Shown piece after piece: positions 1 through 12,586 of a stretch of DNA of 64,000 nt (its first letter is position 1; each line of letters opens with the position of its first letter). A program made the translations under genes and the position numbers. The stretch lies in assembly GCF_964194155.1 (NCBI RefSeq), contig NC_135890.1, positions 109,058,001 to 109,122,000 of the forward strand, written 5' to 3'. The notes beneath the pieces are model-generated. The model was given only the letters and a program-made list of their open reading frames with translations. It did not search any database and had not been told where the DNA came from. Source of the DNA: Cetorhinus maximus (lineage: Eukaryota).

Positions 1-309
1 TAATCTTATCACATCACCGATATTTTTACTATTTTTTATTGTTGCAGTTAGTTGTTGACATACTAACCAATTAAGCTAAATGTCAAATATTTAATTTTCT
101 GCCTGGAGTGTTCCAAATGGTCTACCTCACAGATGAGCCATGTTAAACAATTTTATGACTTGATGCAAAGTTACAACCATTACTTCCCCTGTCTGAAAAA
201 AACTTTTGCATCAAGAGAGTCGGCCTCCTGTATCCCCGTTTCAAAGCATACAGGAGAACACAAGCTAATTCTTTTGGCTGAAGAATCAAAAAGAGCACCT
301 GCTATTTCT

Positions 310-1780
310 GCAACAAGTTAAAGAAGCTATTGCTGAGCATTTGGATAAGTTCAAGGTAATCAGGCAGAGTCAACATGGTTGTGTGAAAGGGAAATCATGT
401 TTAACCAAATTACTGGAGCTCTTTGAGGAAATAACATATGCTGTGGGTAAAGGTGAACTTGTGGATGTACTGTACTTAGATTTCCAGAAGGGATTTGATG
501 AAGTGCCACATCAAAGATTATTGCAGAAAATAGAAGCACATGGTATAGGGGGTAACATATTGGCATGGATAGAAGATTGGCTGGCTAACAGGAGGCAGAG
601 TAGGCATAAATGGGTCTTTTTCAGGTTGGCAAGATGTAATGAGTGGTGTGCCACAGGGATCAGTGCTGGGACCTCAACTGTTTACAATTTATATAAATGA
701 CTTGGATGAAAGGATGGATGGGATGGTTGCCAAATTTGCTGATAGCACAAAGATAGGTAGGAAAGTAAGTTGTGAAGAGGACAAAAGGAGGCTACAAAAA
801 GATATGGGTAGGTTAAGTGAGTGTGCAAAGATCTGCCAAATGGAGTATAATATGAAATTGTCCATTTTGGAAGGAAGATTAAAACAGAAGCATATTATCT
901 AAATGATGAGAGATTGCAGGGCTCTGAAATGCAGAGGGATCTGGGTGTCTTAGTGCATAAAAAGGCTAGCGTGCAGGTATATCAAGTAATTAGGAAAGCT
1001 AATAGAATGTTATCATTTATTGCGAGGGGAATTGAATACAAAAGTAGGGAGATTATGCTTCAGTTATACAGAACACTAGTGAGACCACATCTGGAGTACT
1101 GTGTGCAGTATTGGTCACCTCATTTAAGTAAATGCGTTGGAAGCAGTTAAGAGAAGGTTTACCAAACTAATACCTGGAATGGGTCTTATGAGGGAAGGTT
1201 GGACAGGCTGGGCTTGTATCTGCTGGAGTTTAGAAGAGTAACAGGCGACTTGATTGAAACATAAAAGATCCTGAGAGGTCTTAACAGGGTGGATGTGGAA
1301 AGGATGTTGCCTATTGTAGGAGAATCTACCCCTTTCCTATTTTTACTTAGTTCTGTTGAAGGGTCATGAGGACTCAAAACGTCAACTGTGCTCTTCTCCA
1401 CCGATGCTGCCAGACCTGCTGAGTTTTTCCAGGTATTTCTGTTTTTGTTTTGGATTTCCAGCATCCGCAGTTCTTTGCTTTTAGAACTAGGGGGTCACTG
1501 TTTAAAAATAAGGGGTCACCCATTTAAAACAGAGGTGAGGTGAAATTTTTTCTGAGAATTTAGTGTCTTTGGAACTCTTCCTGAAAAGGCGGTGGAAGCA
1601 GAGTCTTTGCATATTTTTAAGACAGAGATGGAACGATTCTTGGTAAGCAAGGGGGTGATAGGTTATCAGGGTAGACGGGATGCAGATTTGAGGTTACTAT
1701 CAGATCAGCCATGCTCTTATTAAATGGCGCAGCAGGTTCGAGGGGCTGAATGACTTACTCCTGCTCCTTGTTCATATGTT
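310..1780 (+). mobile_element. CR1-type LINE, 5'-truncated and decayed (RT region to 3' end), interrupted by a Penelope pLTR fragment at about 1329-1482
   Basis: Frameshifted ORFs 341-700, 639-902 and 914-1150 carry LINE RT motifs ([52 protein letters not shown]). Confidence 0.9.
1329..1482 (+). mobile_element. Penelope-like pseudo-LTR fragment with a degenerate hammerhead motif, nested in CR1
   Basis: Matches 58070-58219; AGTT-CTGTTGA-A-GGGTC-ATGAG-GACTC-AAAA-CG-TC-AACT at 1349-1387. Confidence 0.85.
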
Positions 1781-2278
1781 CACTTTACATTAAAAAAGGG
1801 CAAAAACTACAAATTAGGTACATAAAAATAAGAGTGGACAAAAGGAATCAAACTAAGCAACTAAACAGCTGACAACAAAGATGAACGACACTAACACATG
1901 GGGTAAATGCTGGAAAAGTAGTCATGTGTGGAGAGGCCTCATAAGTAATTCTAATGTCTTGATTTCCTATCCCCCTCTCATTTTAACAAAATGCCTGCAT
2001 GCCGTGATTAATCAAATGCAGATTCAAACTGATTATTCAACATAACAGACTGAGCTCTTCGATTATAACTATTTGGCCACCTCACAATTGTAAATTGTGC
2101 TAATGTACAAACACCTTGAGCAATCTTTAAGTTAGGCAGAAGGGCTTCTGCTTTAACAAACCATTGCTATCTCACCTTGCCGACAGCACCGTCTTGACAG
2201 AAACACACCTTCATTTAGATGGGCTCCAAACAGATCCACACCTATTTTACATTATATGTACATGTTTTAATCAATAGA

Positions 2279-2496
2279 AAATGCTGGAAAAACTGAGGTC
2301 TGACAGCATCTGTGGAGAGGGGAGCAGAGTTAACGTTTCGAGTCAGCACGACTCAGATTGAAGAAGAGTCGTGCTGACTCGAAACGTTAACTCTGTGTTT
2401 CTCTTCACAGACGCTGTCAGACCTGCTGAGCTTTTCCAGCATTTTCTGTTTGTATTCCATATTTCCAGCACGCGCAGTATTTTGCTTTTATTTTAC
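2279..2496. mobile_element. Fold-back (inverted-repeat) Penelope pLTR-derived insertion in MORC2 intron 1
   Basis: Arms are reverse complements around about 2370; duplication ATCAATAGA at 2270-2278 and 2497-2505. Confidence 0.85.
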
Positions 2497-2799
2497 ATCA
2501 ATAGAGGCCGGGGATGTTATTAGAGACTCGTATACGGACTCGAAACGCTCCTCTCCGCCGATGCTGCCAGGCCTGCTGAGTTTTTCCAGGTGTTTTTATT
2601 TTTTGTTTTTGTTTATATGTTAGGCTGCTTCTGCTGCATCAAAAAGTATTTTTGCACCGTATTTTACAAGATTGAATTAAACGCTGTACAATTTAGAAGT
2701 TACACAATTAGGAATGCATAAAACGTGCACACATTGTGTTTCAGAAAATACAGACAATATGCACACGCCACATTTTAAGTCAATTTTTTTTTTTCAAAA

Positions 2800-3500
2800 A
2801 CCAAATTCCATGCGATGCTTTAAACCTTAGGCCGACACAGAGGCGATTTTCTCGCCCGATTTTGGTACTCACGAGTTGGTGTGCAGGTATTCGAAGGTCA
2901 GTTGAGCTCGGTTCAGGCAATTATAATTGGTACCAGCCATGGCGCCTTTCCCTTCTCTTCTAACGCCGCCCCCTCCCTCGCTCAGGCTGCGAAACTCGGG
3001 CCTCTCTCTCCGTGTATAAATTTCCCAGCCACATTTATCGTTCGCTCATGAATTAACGCGTTGGTTTTTTTTTATTTTCCCGGCCTTTTAAAACCCCCCC
3101 CCCCTCCCCCAAATAAGACCACCAAAAAAAAAAACCGCTCCTTCCCTCCAGCTCTCTTTCTCGCCCCTCAGGCCCAGCTTCGGTGTTTCTGCCCGGGCTC
3201 CACTCGGCTCGGCTCGGCTCGGCCCTGCCCTTCCTCTCCCGGCCCCGGTTACCTCACCGCCTTCCCTCCAGCTCCTCCGACCGCATCACCGCCGCCACAC
3301 ACACTCTTTGAAAACTAACTGCAGCCACCGGCCCGACTGCGCAGGCGCGGCGCCTACCCAACCTCTCCCCCCCCCCCTCCAAACCAAACAAACCCCCCCA
3401 CACACACACACACACACACACAGACCCCCACCGCGCCTGCGCCTCAGCAGCTCCTCCATTGCGCTTGTATCAATCCAGGCTGCAAACTCTTACTCCGTTT
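2800..3500 (-). promoter_or_regulatory. CpG-island promoter/5'UTR of MORC2
   Basis: CpG-rich against a CpG-depleted background; NRF1-like TGCGCAGGCGC (~3338-3348) and GCGCCTGCGC (~3433-3442); CCAAT/ATTGG near 3518; (CA)n at ~3398-3422. Confidence 0.75.
2873..2940 (-). CDS. MORC2: MORC family CW-type zinc finger 2 (GHKL ATPase), coding exon 1; the rest of the gene lies left of the window
   Basis: Reverse complement reads GGCGCC-ATG-G (strong Kozak), [22 protein letters not shown](S), then a GTGAGT donor; nearly identical to the vertebrate MORC2 N-terminus ([23 protein letters not shown]). Confidence 0.95.
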
Positions 3501-3559
3501 GGAAGAGGAGGGAAGAGATTGGCTGTTTTGTTTTTAAAAAATGAACACAGGCATCATTG

Positions 3560-3750
3560 GGGCTGGCTCAGTTCACAGCACTCGCACCTCTGAATCAACA
3601 AGTATAAAGGGTTTTTATCCCCCCCATTCAATATTTTCCCACTTTCTAAGCTTAGGCTGACGCATCAGTGCGGAAATGCTGCATTGGCATAAGGTACAGT
3701 TATTTGGACGAGGCATTAAATTAAACCCGTGTCTATTCTCTGATGATTTC
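3560..3750 (+). mobile_element. Degenerate tRNA-headed SINE (DeuSINE-like)
   Basis: tRNA-like head GGCTCAGT...GCACTCGCACCTCTGAATCA and similarity to the copies at 20775-21210 and 46785-47170. Confidence 0.45.
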
Positions 3751-3896
3751 GGAGAGCAAACATCGCATGGCACGGGGTGGGGGGGGAAGTTGAGTTGGCG
3801 AGACACAGCAACTGAGCAAATAGGTGATGACAGGGAACAGAAGATCAAGGGGAGAGTGAATAGTGAGAAAGATGAGAAGTGTTGTCATAGTGCAAA

Positions 3897-4040
3897 GCAA
3901 AAACAGAATTACCTGGAAAAACTCAGCAGGTCTGGCAGCATCGGCGGAGAAGAATAAAGTTGACGTTTTGAGTCCTCATGACCCTTCAACAGAACTAAGT
4001 AAAAATAGGAGAGGGGTGAAATATAAGCTGGTTTAAGGTG
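3897..4040 (-). mobile_element. Penelope pLTR fragment with hammerhead motif
   Basis: Same sequence as the 54371-54490 end of the full element; hammerhead core on the minus strand at ~3958-3996. Confidence 0.85.
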
Positions 4041-4579
4041 GGGGGAGAGTGCAAGACCAGGTGGAGAAATCAGGGACGAAGGGTAGACTGGGGGCAAAGT
4101 CTGGGACAACGTGGATGAGAAGGGAAGTCGGACACAGAGAAAATTGCAGGAAGGAAATTCGGGATGAAAAGGTTTCCTAATACTCCCACACCTCCAAATC
4201 ATGTTCTCCACTCAAGAACTAAAGGGATGCTCTTAGCCTATGCCCTGGTACCAATTTACTACAATCAGCTCATACTATGAGCCCTTTTTCCTCCCACCAT
4301 CTTTTCCCAGCCCAGATTGAAATCTTCCCATCTCCACGTTCTCCCTTTTATTTTGCTACTCTTAATGCCAATGTCATCTTAGTCACTACTCGCTCCTGTC
4401 TAACCACCCATAAGTTCCCCATTCCCTCTCACCTTCATGTCTTTTCTGGCTTCTATCCTAAACACACAGGTCTTACTGCCACTTGCTATTCACTCAAACC
4501 ATCTCCCACACGAAGGGCCCATATCATTCCCCTTCCCCAGCCTGAATGCCCAGTCCTCCACATAACTACATTATGAGGC

Positions 4580-4775
4580 ATAAAAACAAAAAATGCTGGA
4601 ATTACTCAGCAGGTCAGGCAGCATTTGTGGAGAGAGAAACAGTTACGTTTCAGGTCGATGACCTTTAATCATCAGCCTTAAATGTTGCATCTGTTTTTCA
4701 CTGCAGAGATCAGACCTGCTGAGTTAATTCCACCGTTTTTTAAAATTTGATTTTCAGCATCCATAGTTCTTTGCT
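4580..4775. mobile_element. Older fold-back Penelope pLTR derivative (different subfamily)
   Basis: ACTCAGCAGGTC...GACCTGCTGAGT inverted arms; stem II variant AGGTC-ATC-GACCT-GAAAC on the minus strand at ~4640-4665. Confidence 0.7.
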
Positions 4776-6877
4776 GTAACGTTATCAGACAACTACATTA
4801 AAAAGGGAAATTGCAGGCCTTTCTTTTCTTCAGTTTGGAAATGTGAGCTGTGTGTAGGATGAGTAATCCTTTGCAGGTGGAACAATGATGGCGTGTGGTC
4901 AGGTTTATTGGTGGTGGAACGGAGTAATTAATTGTTGGGTTGCTTTGTATGTAAAATACAAGTTTTTTGTGCAAATAGCATGGACTTGTGAGCATGAATA
5001 CCAATATTAATTTATTTTACAATTCATGACGACAAGCATCAGTAACAAAATCAAAGCAGGGCAAAATAAATTTCAGAAAACATGGAGAGCACTGGGAAAG
5101 TACTTTAAGGCCAAGACAAGATTTTAATGAAGAGCTAATTATTTATCACATCTCAGTATCACAGAGCTGCAGAACTTGAGGCAAAGCATCTTTTAACAGA
5201 TTTTTGAAACAGAGCTGCAGAGGGCAGTGACTTGGCTACTATTTATTTATTTAGGACAGCAGGAACCCCAGGGCCCATGAGCAGTGCTAAAAAAAGAAAT
5301 TTATGCTGCACATTGGTACAAGCAAAAATGCAAACAACTTTCTTTTTTTTAAAAACTAAAAATTTTGGCCATAGCAGCATTGAAAATACATGTAAGTGGA
5401 ATTGTTTGCAAGGGATGCTTGAGTTTTGACAACAGAGTCAAGATTGAGCCTTGAGGGGTGTTACAGTACCATCATACATATTACCAGCATTATCTGTTAG
5501 TTATTCACAGCAAGCATTCTCTTCACATCTGTCTGATAACCTCATTGCCCCTGCAGCCCCAGTTTGGGAACTTGAAACGTATTTTGATCTGCAGTGGTTG
5601 CAAAATTTCATTCAGTATCTATCCAGCTAATTTGACTGGCCAATATAAACAATTTTCAGTAGAAAAAAAATTAGATTTTTTTTTCCAAAATAGCATCTAA
5701 TCGTTGAATAATTTTGGAACTTTACAACATCTGTGAGGATCAAATTCAGGAATCCGACTGCTTAACCTGATGTCTTATTTATCTTGTTGGGTTGTCTCAA
5801 AGTGAGAGCATCATGACAGGAAATTCTAATGTAAAGAACGAGCTGTAAGTGCCATCAGAACCACCTGAAATTTCCTTAGGAAGTAATTTCCCCAACTGTT
5901 TCCTATGGCAAAGAACTGGCTGCCACCAGCCACAGTTTGCAAAAAAAAAAAATCTATCATGATTGTGGTTGCTGACAAGTAGAACTCTTTGGGAAGAACC
6001 CAATCAGAATGACAGCTGTAGAATAGCTTGCAGTGATTGTACATGCAATACAGTGGCAACTGGTGCAGCAGAAACAGTTCTATAGTATAAAAAGGGCATA
6101 CATCTCCCAAACAGGGATAATGAATCATAAAAATACACCAAAGCTATAATGGGCATTAGCAGACAATTCCATGCAACACAAATTTTAAGGGACCCCTTTT
6201 GATCTCTGTTCTTAATATAATTAATTGATATGAGCAGAGACTGTGATTAATCAAGTTGGCGATATTCAGCAAGGCAGAGCTTCAAAGAAGAACATAAAAC
6301 TTGGCATTTTCTGCAGTATTGATAACTATTGATATATGTTCTTGTCTCAGTGTCATTTTAGAAAAGGTTATTTTTCTGGTAAATAATTCAATGTATAGTT
6401 TTTATTTCATCACTTATTAAATGTTAATCCTGCTTGTGCAATTGCATTGCAATTAGATTCCCAATTTAAGCACCAGCCCAGAAAGTGTATAGACTAATTT
6501 CAAGCAGTCATTCAACACAGAAATCCTTCTACAGCCAAGATTAAAAACGAACTCAATGCAATAATTCAAATAGGGATTTGTGGATGAATGATTGCTGCCA
6601 GGCCTTAAACCTACGATCAAAGATACCAAGCAAATTTTATAATCAATGGGCCACAATGTACAGTGTCTGAGGCCTCAACTAATATCTGTCCTGCTGGAGA
6701 CAGCCTATTCCATTAGCAAGTTAAAGCCTTGCATTGCCTTTGGTGAATTCTAGTTTGTTTGATATCGATCGTTTCAGTATGCAAGGCAATTCTGTTAATT
6801 AGAACAGCCAATATTTTAACACTTTCCCAAGTAAACAACATTTTAATAGTCAGAAATCTAGGAATGTTAACTATTTA

Positions 6878-7313
6878 CCATAGATTGTAACATATGCTCG
6901 ATTGAGTTATAAGACAAACTCTGTTTTCGGATGCCAAAATGCATCGTTATACACCGATGCATAAATTGATACCCCCCTCCCCCCAATTTAAAGCCAATAA
7001 ATGTATGTTTAGGGCTATATTCAAATTAGGAGTTGGCCCCAACTTTTCAGCTCAGCAATACATGTTTACAGTATACTCATCTTATAAGCTGCCACATGGG
7101 ATCAAGCATGGGCCCTGTTGCCAAGAAAACATGCAGGAGTTTAAGACACACCCACACAGAGCAGACCGCACATGGCGGCCAAAATTTTTCACATTTTAAA
7201 ATGGCGACCACACAGCACTAGTTCATGTTTTATACTTGGCATATAAGTCGACCCCTATTTTTGGAAGGATTTTTTGAAGCTTCAAAGGCTGACTTATATG
7301 CCACGATCTATGG
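6878..7313. mobile_element. Non-autonomous Tc1/mariner-type (Tc2/pogo-like) DNA transposon (MITE)
   Basis: Imperfect TIRs CCATAGATTGTAACATAT / CCATAGATCGTGGCATAT with TA on both sides (6876-6877, 7314-7315). Confidence 0.7.
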
Positions 7314-9914
7314 TAATCTTCGTTCTACTACAACATTGCAATGCATTTTTCCTTCCAATTTTATGAAAATATTGATTCTTTGTTGGTGTGCAATTCCAAC
7401 AGCCGCCATCACGGTCCAAGTGACCATTGTTCAAGAGTAACTCTAGACAATGAATACAGCAGGGCATTTCGCCCTGGAGCCATGAGCCAAATTCAATCAC
7501 AGCCAAACCCTGGCTAACATTTTCTAAAATAAGTGCTCCAAGCCAATTGTAGCACCCCAACCACTATTTTGGCAAAGATTATCTAATTCTGCTCAGACTG
7601 GTGGATAAAACCTACAGACTGAGACTTTGATTCTTTTGGTAGCTGTGTTCAGCACTGTAAATAGGTAATAGGAAAGTTGGAGGGAAACCCACCTTAAATC
7701 ACTTTTGCACAATGTCTGGTGATTTATCCTTCGAGCTGCAGGATTGTGTTTGTTTCAGTGAAACCATGAAAGAGGTAAGAGTCTCATTTTAAAAACCAAG
7801 TGAATTGTTGCTCATGGAAAACACATTAAGCACGGCTCCTCATGTGCAACTTGTACTGGATTGCTGTTTAAAAAAAATACAACTCTACTAGACTGCTAGA
7901 CCACACTGTTTTCTTCAGGTTTTGCATAAGGATTATATGTCTGAGGCTGGGTGTGAGGCACAGTTTAGCTGCTTGCCAGTACATACACTTTTTTAAGCCC
8001 AATGAGTGACGAAAACCCCCCAGAATCCCAACATTCCCCAAGTCAGCCCTTTCCATTTTTAGCAGTGATATTGAAATAAAACCAAATTATAATAAACATA
8101 CACAAATCCAGAAGTAGGTATTTTTACCCTATAAAGCTAAAATAAACTTTAAAACGTAAAATGAATTAATTCTGTTTGCTGTAACCTACATTCGCTCTCC
8201 AATTGTTTTAAAATATTGTGCTCATCTGTTTTTCTCCATTGTCCATTTTTGAGGTCAAATATTGTCTGATAATTAGTTGAAAAAATAATTTGAGGCCAAT
8301 AACATATTATTCTAAAGATTAATATTATTTTGATTAAATATTTAAGTGTTTTTGACAAGGTTTTCATTGATGCTCCTGTGGCCCAACCATCAATAGCACT
8401 CAAGGTTAAAAGCTGTAATTTCTAAACTTTCAGAGCTCTCAAAAATCAGAGGTTCTTCCGCTTTCGTTGTCAGGATCGCACATGCCTTTCAGAAATAAAT
8501 CATCAATATTCCCTTTCATCAATAAGATTTACATCAGTTGACTGTTAACCTCAAGAACAACCAATACAGAAATTGGGCCTGATTTCTGACCTGGTTTTAA
8601 TATTATACTCAATTACTTCAGAGTCTGCGTGCTTGCTCCATAAATATTAACCGTAACTTGTAGCATATGGGAAAAATATTAAGACAAAAAAAATTGTGGT
8701 GAAAGAAAAAGCAGTGGTAAGGTGTAAATTCATACCTGCAAATAGATCTTAGCAGTTGTCTGTCTCAAATTTATTTTAACAATTGACATAAATACTGACA
8801 GCATGACCTGTAACTGAAGCCAATATGGTGCCACCACCATAAATTTATTATAAGAGCAAGTGGTTGCACTATACATGAACACACACTTACGGGTCCAACC
8901 TCAAATAACCAGTATGTCTGATTATGTATACACAGTAATACCCTGAAGTTTGTTGATATCAAAGTAAACAAGAGGAACAAAAGCATTTTGTTTTTAAAGA
9001 GACCCTTACTGTAAAAATAATTTTGGTATGTCTATATACAGAAGCTGTTCAACAAGCGGATCAATGGGTATTTGCACATTTTAGAGATCCTTCGCAATAT
9101 TAATAAGTCACATTTAATTTGAGTACAGTACATCTACCTATTAGGACATGTATCCTCTTTTTAAGCCTCTCAGTTGCCCTATCCCAGGCCATGTTCTTAG
9201 GCTGACGCCCATGCCAATTTTGATAGGCCAATAGGAAATTCACAAGAGATGCCACATGAAGACACTGGAGCTTCAAACTTCCACCCACCATGGGTATGCA
9301 AAAATTGCAGAAAATAACCATCTTAAACTTTCCACAGTATTCAAAATACACACACTTGGGATACTGAACAGTTGTGTTCCCCTATGACAATAGTTCACCA
9401 CAATCAAACACGTAGGAGAAATTAACAAAGTAACAATCACTCCAATGACAGCAAATGTTTATTAAAATAGTGAACAGAAAATAGTTGAACCTCAGTTTTC
9501 AAAGTATATTGTAAATAAGTTATTACATTCAAGTTTAATCAAAACCTCTTAAATTTTAAGACACTTTGGGGTGTGGGGGAAGGGAAGGGGTGGTAGATTG
9601 TATACAATTTATATGTTCCAGTAATTATTACAACCAAAGTACAATCATAACACAACCAGCAAAAACTTATTAAAGGCAAACTCTATTGGTTCCAAAAATA
9701 ATTGTTTTTAGAGGAGAAGAACACAAATTTAATGTGATCTTTATGCTATTTTCCTTTTAGGAAACTTGCAAGAATATTGAGTTAGAGAATTTCTCCATTT
9801 CTAATACAATCCATGTATTCCTACTCTTAGTTGGTAGCATCACATTTCTAGAAGGTGGACCTAGAACAGGAACAAAGAAATACAGTAAATACTTGTGAAT
9901 GTCATGCATATTTT

Positions 9915-10260
9915 CTCCCTCTCCTAAAGACACCAACTCATTCTGGAGTACAGTTCCACCAGTTTAGCTGTTCTTCGGTACCTCACCAATTTTTCATGTG
10001 GAAGACTGCACAGTGAGCATTGACAAGAGGTGATGGGAGCCTTAACCTCACCCATCTATTTGTGCATATATTCAGCAGGGATCACAGGATTGGAATCAGG
10101 ATCAAGAACCCTTGCTGATTTATTTTTCTTCCTGGCAAAGGATATAGAGGGCAACTGCAGCACCCTTACTCCCACCACAGCTGAGTTTAGCCAGCACAGC
10201 ACAGACTGTGAAATGAAGCTAGAACCTTATGTTGTATGGGTCCCAGTTGCAGCCACATGG
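9915..10260 (-). repeat. Ancient dispersed SINE-like repeat (unclassified); related copies at ~14270-14500 (+), 20150-20450 (+), 30890-31170 (+), 32950-33190 (-)
   Basis: Shared blocks such as CATGAAGAATGG...GAGGTAC.GGAGGGC and GGAACTGTA.TCCAG.ATGAG recur across the copies. Confidence 0.45.
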
Positions 10261-10844
10261 ACATCAAAATTCTGATTTGTAGCACTACGTACATGTCTCT
10301 TCTATCAACGTGCACAAACACTAATGCTGTACATATATATTGCACTATTTTCTATTGCTTCATGCTGTCTATAGAAATTAGCATGTGCGTGTGCAGATAA
10401 TTCTAGTTGGAAGTTAAAAACAAGTAATCACACTATAATGGTTTTTTTGGTCAGAAAGAATCACATGTCCAACATAATGAGTCCAACAGGTGGGGAAAGA
10501 GTTAAAAATTGGGCCCAAAGACTTACTTTTCCAATTAAACTTTGCACATTTATTGGAAAATGATTCTTAATCACACCAAGCATCACAGGATTGGACTGTA
10601 TTAACTATGCACGCAAGAAACAAAATTCAAGACACACAAAAGCTAAAGCTGGCTTAAGTTGTTTTCTATCATGGCCTACTCCGTTTCATGTTGCTGCCTC
10701 TGTGATCTTATCTGCTGCACACATCTTCCCACATTGACCCATTTTGAACATGAAACTTTCTTGGTCAGCATGCTCAGTACTATAAAGGCATTGCTATTTC
10801 TTATGTTCATTGGAGTGCTTTTTAAGAATTTATTTCCCCCCAAC

Positions 10845-12576
10845 AAACCATTCCTGAATGATGGGGGAGCCCAGCACAACAGTTCAAAAGACAAGGCTGA
10901 AGCATTTGCAACCATCTTCGGCTAGAAGTTCTGGGTGGATGATCCATCGTGGCCTCCTCCTGAGGGCCCCAGGATCATAGATGCCAATCTTCAGCCAATT
11001 CGATTCACTCCATGTGAATTTTTTTTATTCATTCATGGGATGTGAGCATCACTGGCAACAACAGCATTTATTGCCCACCCCTAATTGCCCTTGAGAAGAA
11101 TGCTGCAAAGGCCATGGTCCCTGATAACATGCTGGCAATAGTTTTGAAGACTTGTGCTCTAGAAGTAGCCACACCCATAGCCAAACTATTCCATTACAGC
11201 TACAACATTGACATCTATTTAGCAAGTGGAAAAATGCCCAGGCATGTCCTGTCCACAAAAAGGAAGACAAATCCAACCCATAGATCAGTCTACTCCCGAT
11301 TATCAGCAAACTGATGGAAGGTGCCATTGACACAGTGCTATCAAGCGACACTTACACGGCAATAACCTGCTCACTGACCCTAAGTTTGGTTCCACCAGGG
11401 CCACTCAGCTCCTGACCTTATTGCTGCCTTAGTCCATGGACAAAAGAGCTGAACTCATGAGGTGAGGTGATAGTGATTGCCCTTAACATAAGGCAGCATT
11501 TGACCAAGTGTGGCATCAAGGAGCACTAGCAAAACTGGAGTCAATGGGAATCAGGGGGGACGGGGACTCCTGGTTGGAGTCATAGCCTTGCACAAAGGAA
11601 GATGGTTGTAGTTGTTGAAGGTCAACCATCTCAGACCCAGGATATCAGTGCAGGAGTTCCTCAGGTCCGTGTCCTAGGGCCAACTATCCTCAGCTGCTTC
11701 ATCAATGACCTTCCCTCCATCGTAAGGTCAGGAGTTCAGCACCACTCGTGACTCCTCAGATACTGAAGTTCTCTGTGTCCATATGCAGCAAGACCTGGAC
11801 AACATTCAGGCTTGATAAGTGGCATGTAATATTTGCATCACACAAGTGCCAGGCAATGACCATCCTCAACAATAGAGAATCCAACCATGTTCTCTTGACG
11901 TTCAGTGGCATTACCATTGCTGAAACACCCATTTTCAACATCCTGGGGGGGTTACCATTGACCAGAAACGGAAATGGACCAGCTATATAAATACTGTGGC
12001 TACAAGAGCCAGGGAATTCTGTGGAGAGTAACTCACCTCTTGATACCCCAGAGCCTAGTTTACAAGGCACAAGTCAGGAATGTAATGGAATACTCTGCAC
12101 TTGCCTGGATGAGTGCAGCTTCAACCATACTCAAGAAGCTTGATACCATCCAGGCCAAAGCAGCCTGCTTGATTGGCACTCCAGCCACCACCTTCAACAT
12201 CCACTCCCTCCATTACCAATGCACAGTGACAGAAGTGTGGACCATCCATAAGATGCACTGCAGCAACTCACCAAGGCTCCTTAGACAGCACCTTCCAAAC
12301 CCAGGACCTCTACCATCTAGAAGGACAAGGGCAGCAGATGCATGGGCACACCGCCACCTGCACATTCCCCTCCAAGCCACACACCATCCTGACTTGGAAT
12401 TGTAACTATAACAAAATCTTGGAACTCCATAACAACACTGTGGGTGTACCTAAACCACATGGACTGCAGCAGTTCAAGATGGTGGCTCACCATCATCTTC
12501 TCAAGGGCAATTAGGGATGGGCAATAAATGCTGGCCAAGGCAGTGATGACCACATCCCATGAATGAATAAAAAAAA
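10845..12576 (+). mobile_element. CR1/L2-group LINE (second family), decayed RT plus 3' end
   Basis: KDKAEAFA, AAFDQVWH, GVPQ..VLGP and YKAQVRNVMEYS motifs; 3' end CCCATGAATGAATAAAAAAA shared with many copies in the window. Confidence 0.85.
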
Positions 12577-12586
12577 TCTGGTGGTA

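Noticed and set aside
2176-2242. Possible MORC2 exon 2 (AG...GTGAGA bounded segment)
   Set aside because: Does not encode the expected TTHEFLFGALAELVDNAR; the true exon 2 is probably outside the window.
3400-6800. TUG1-like divergent transcript upstream of MORC2
   Set aside because: No recognisable TUG1 sequence or supported + strand exon structure.
5000-9400. Candidate terminal exons for the TMEM248-like gene (acceptors near 8736 giving V*, near 5826 giving NFLS*)
   Set aside because: Several equally weak options; cannot choose without transcript data.
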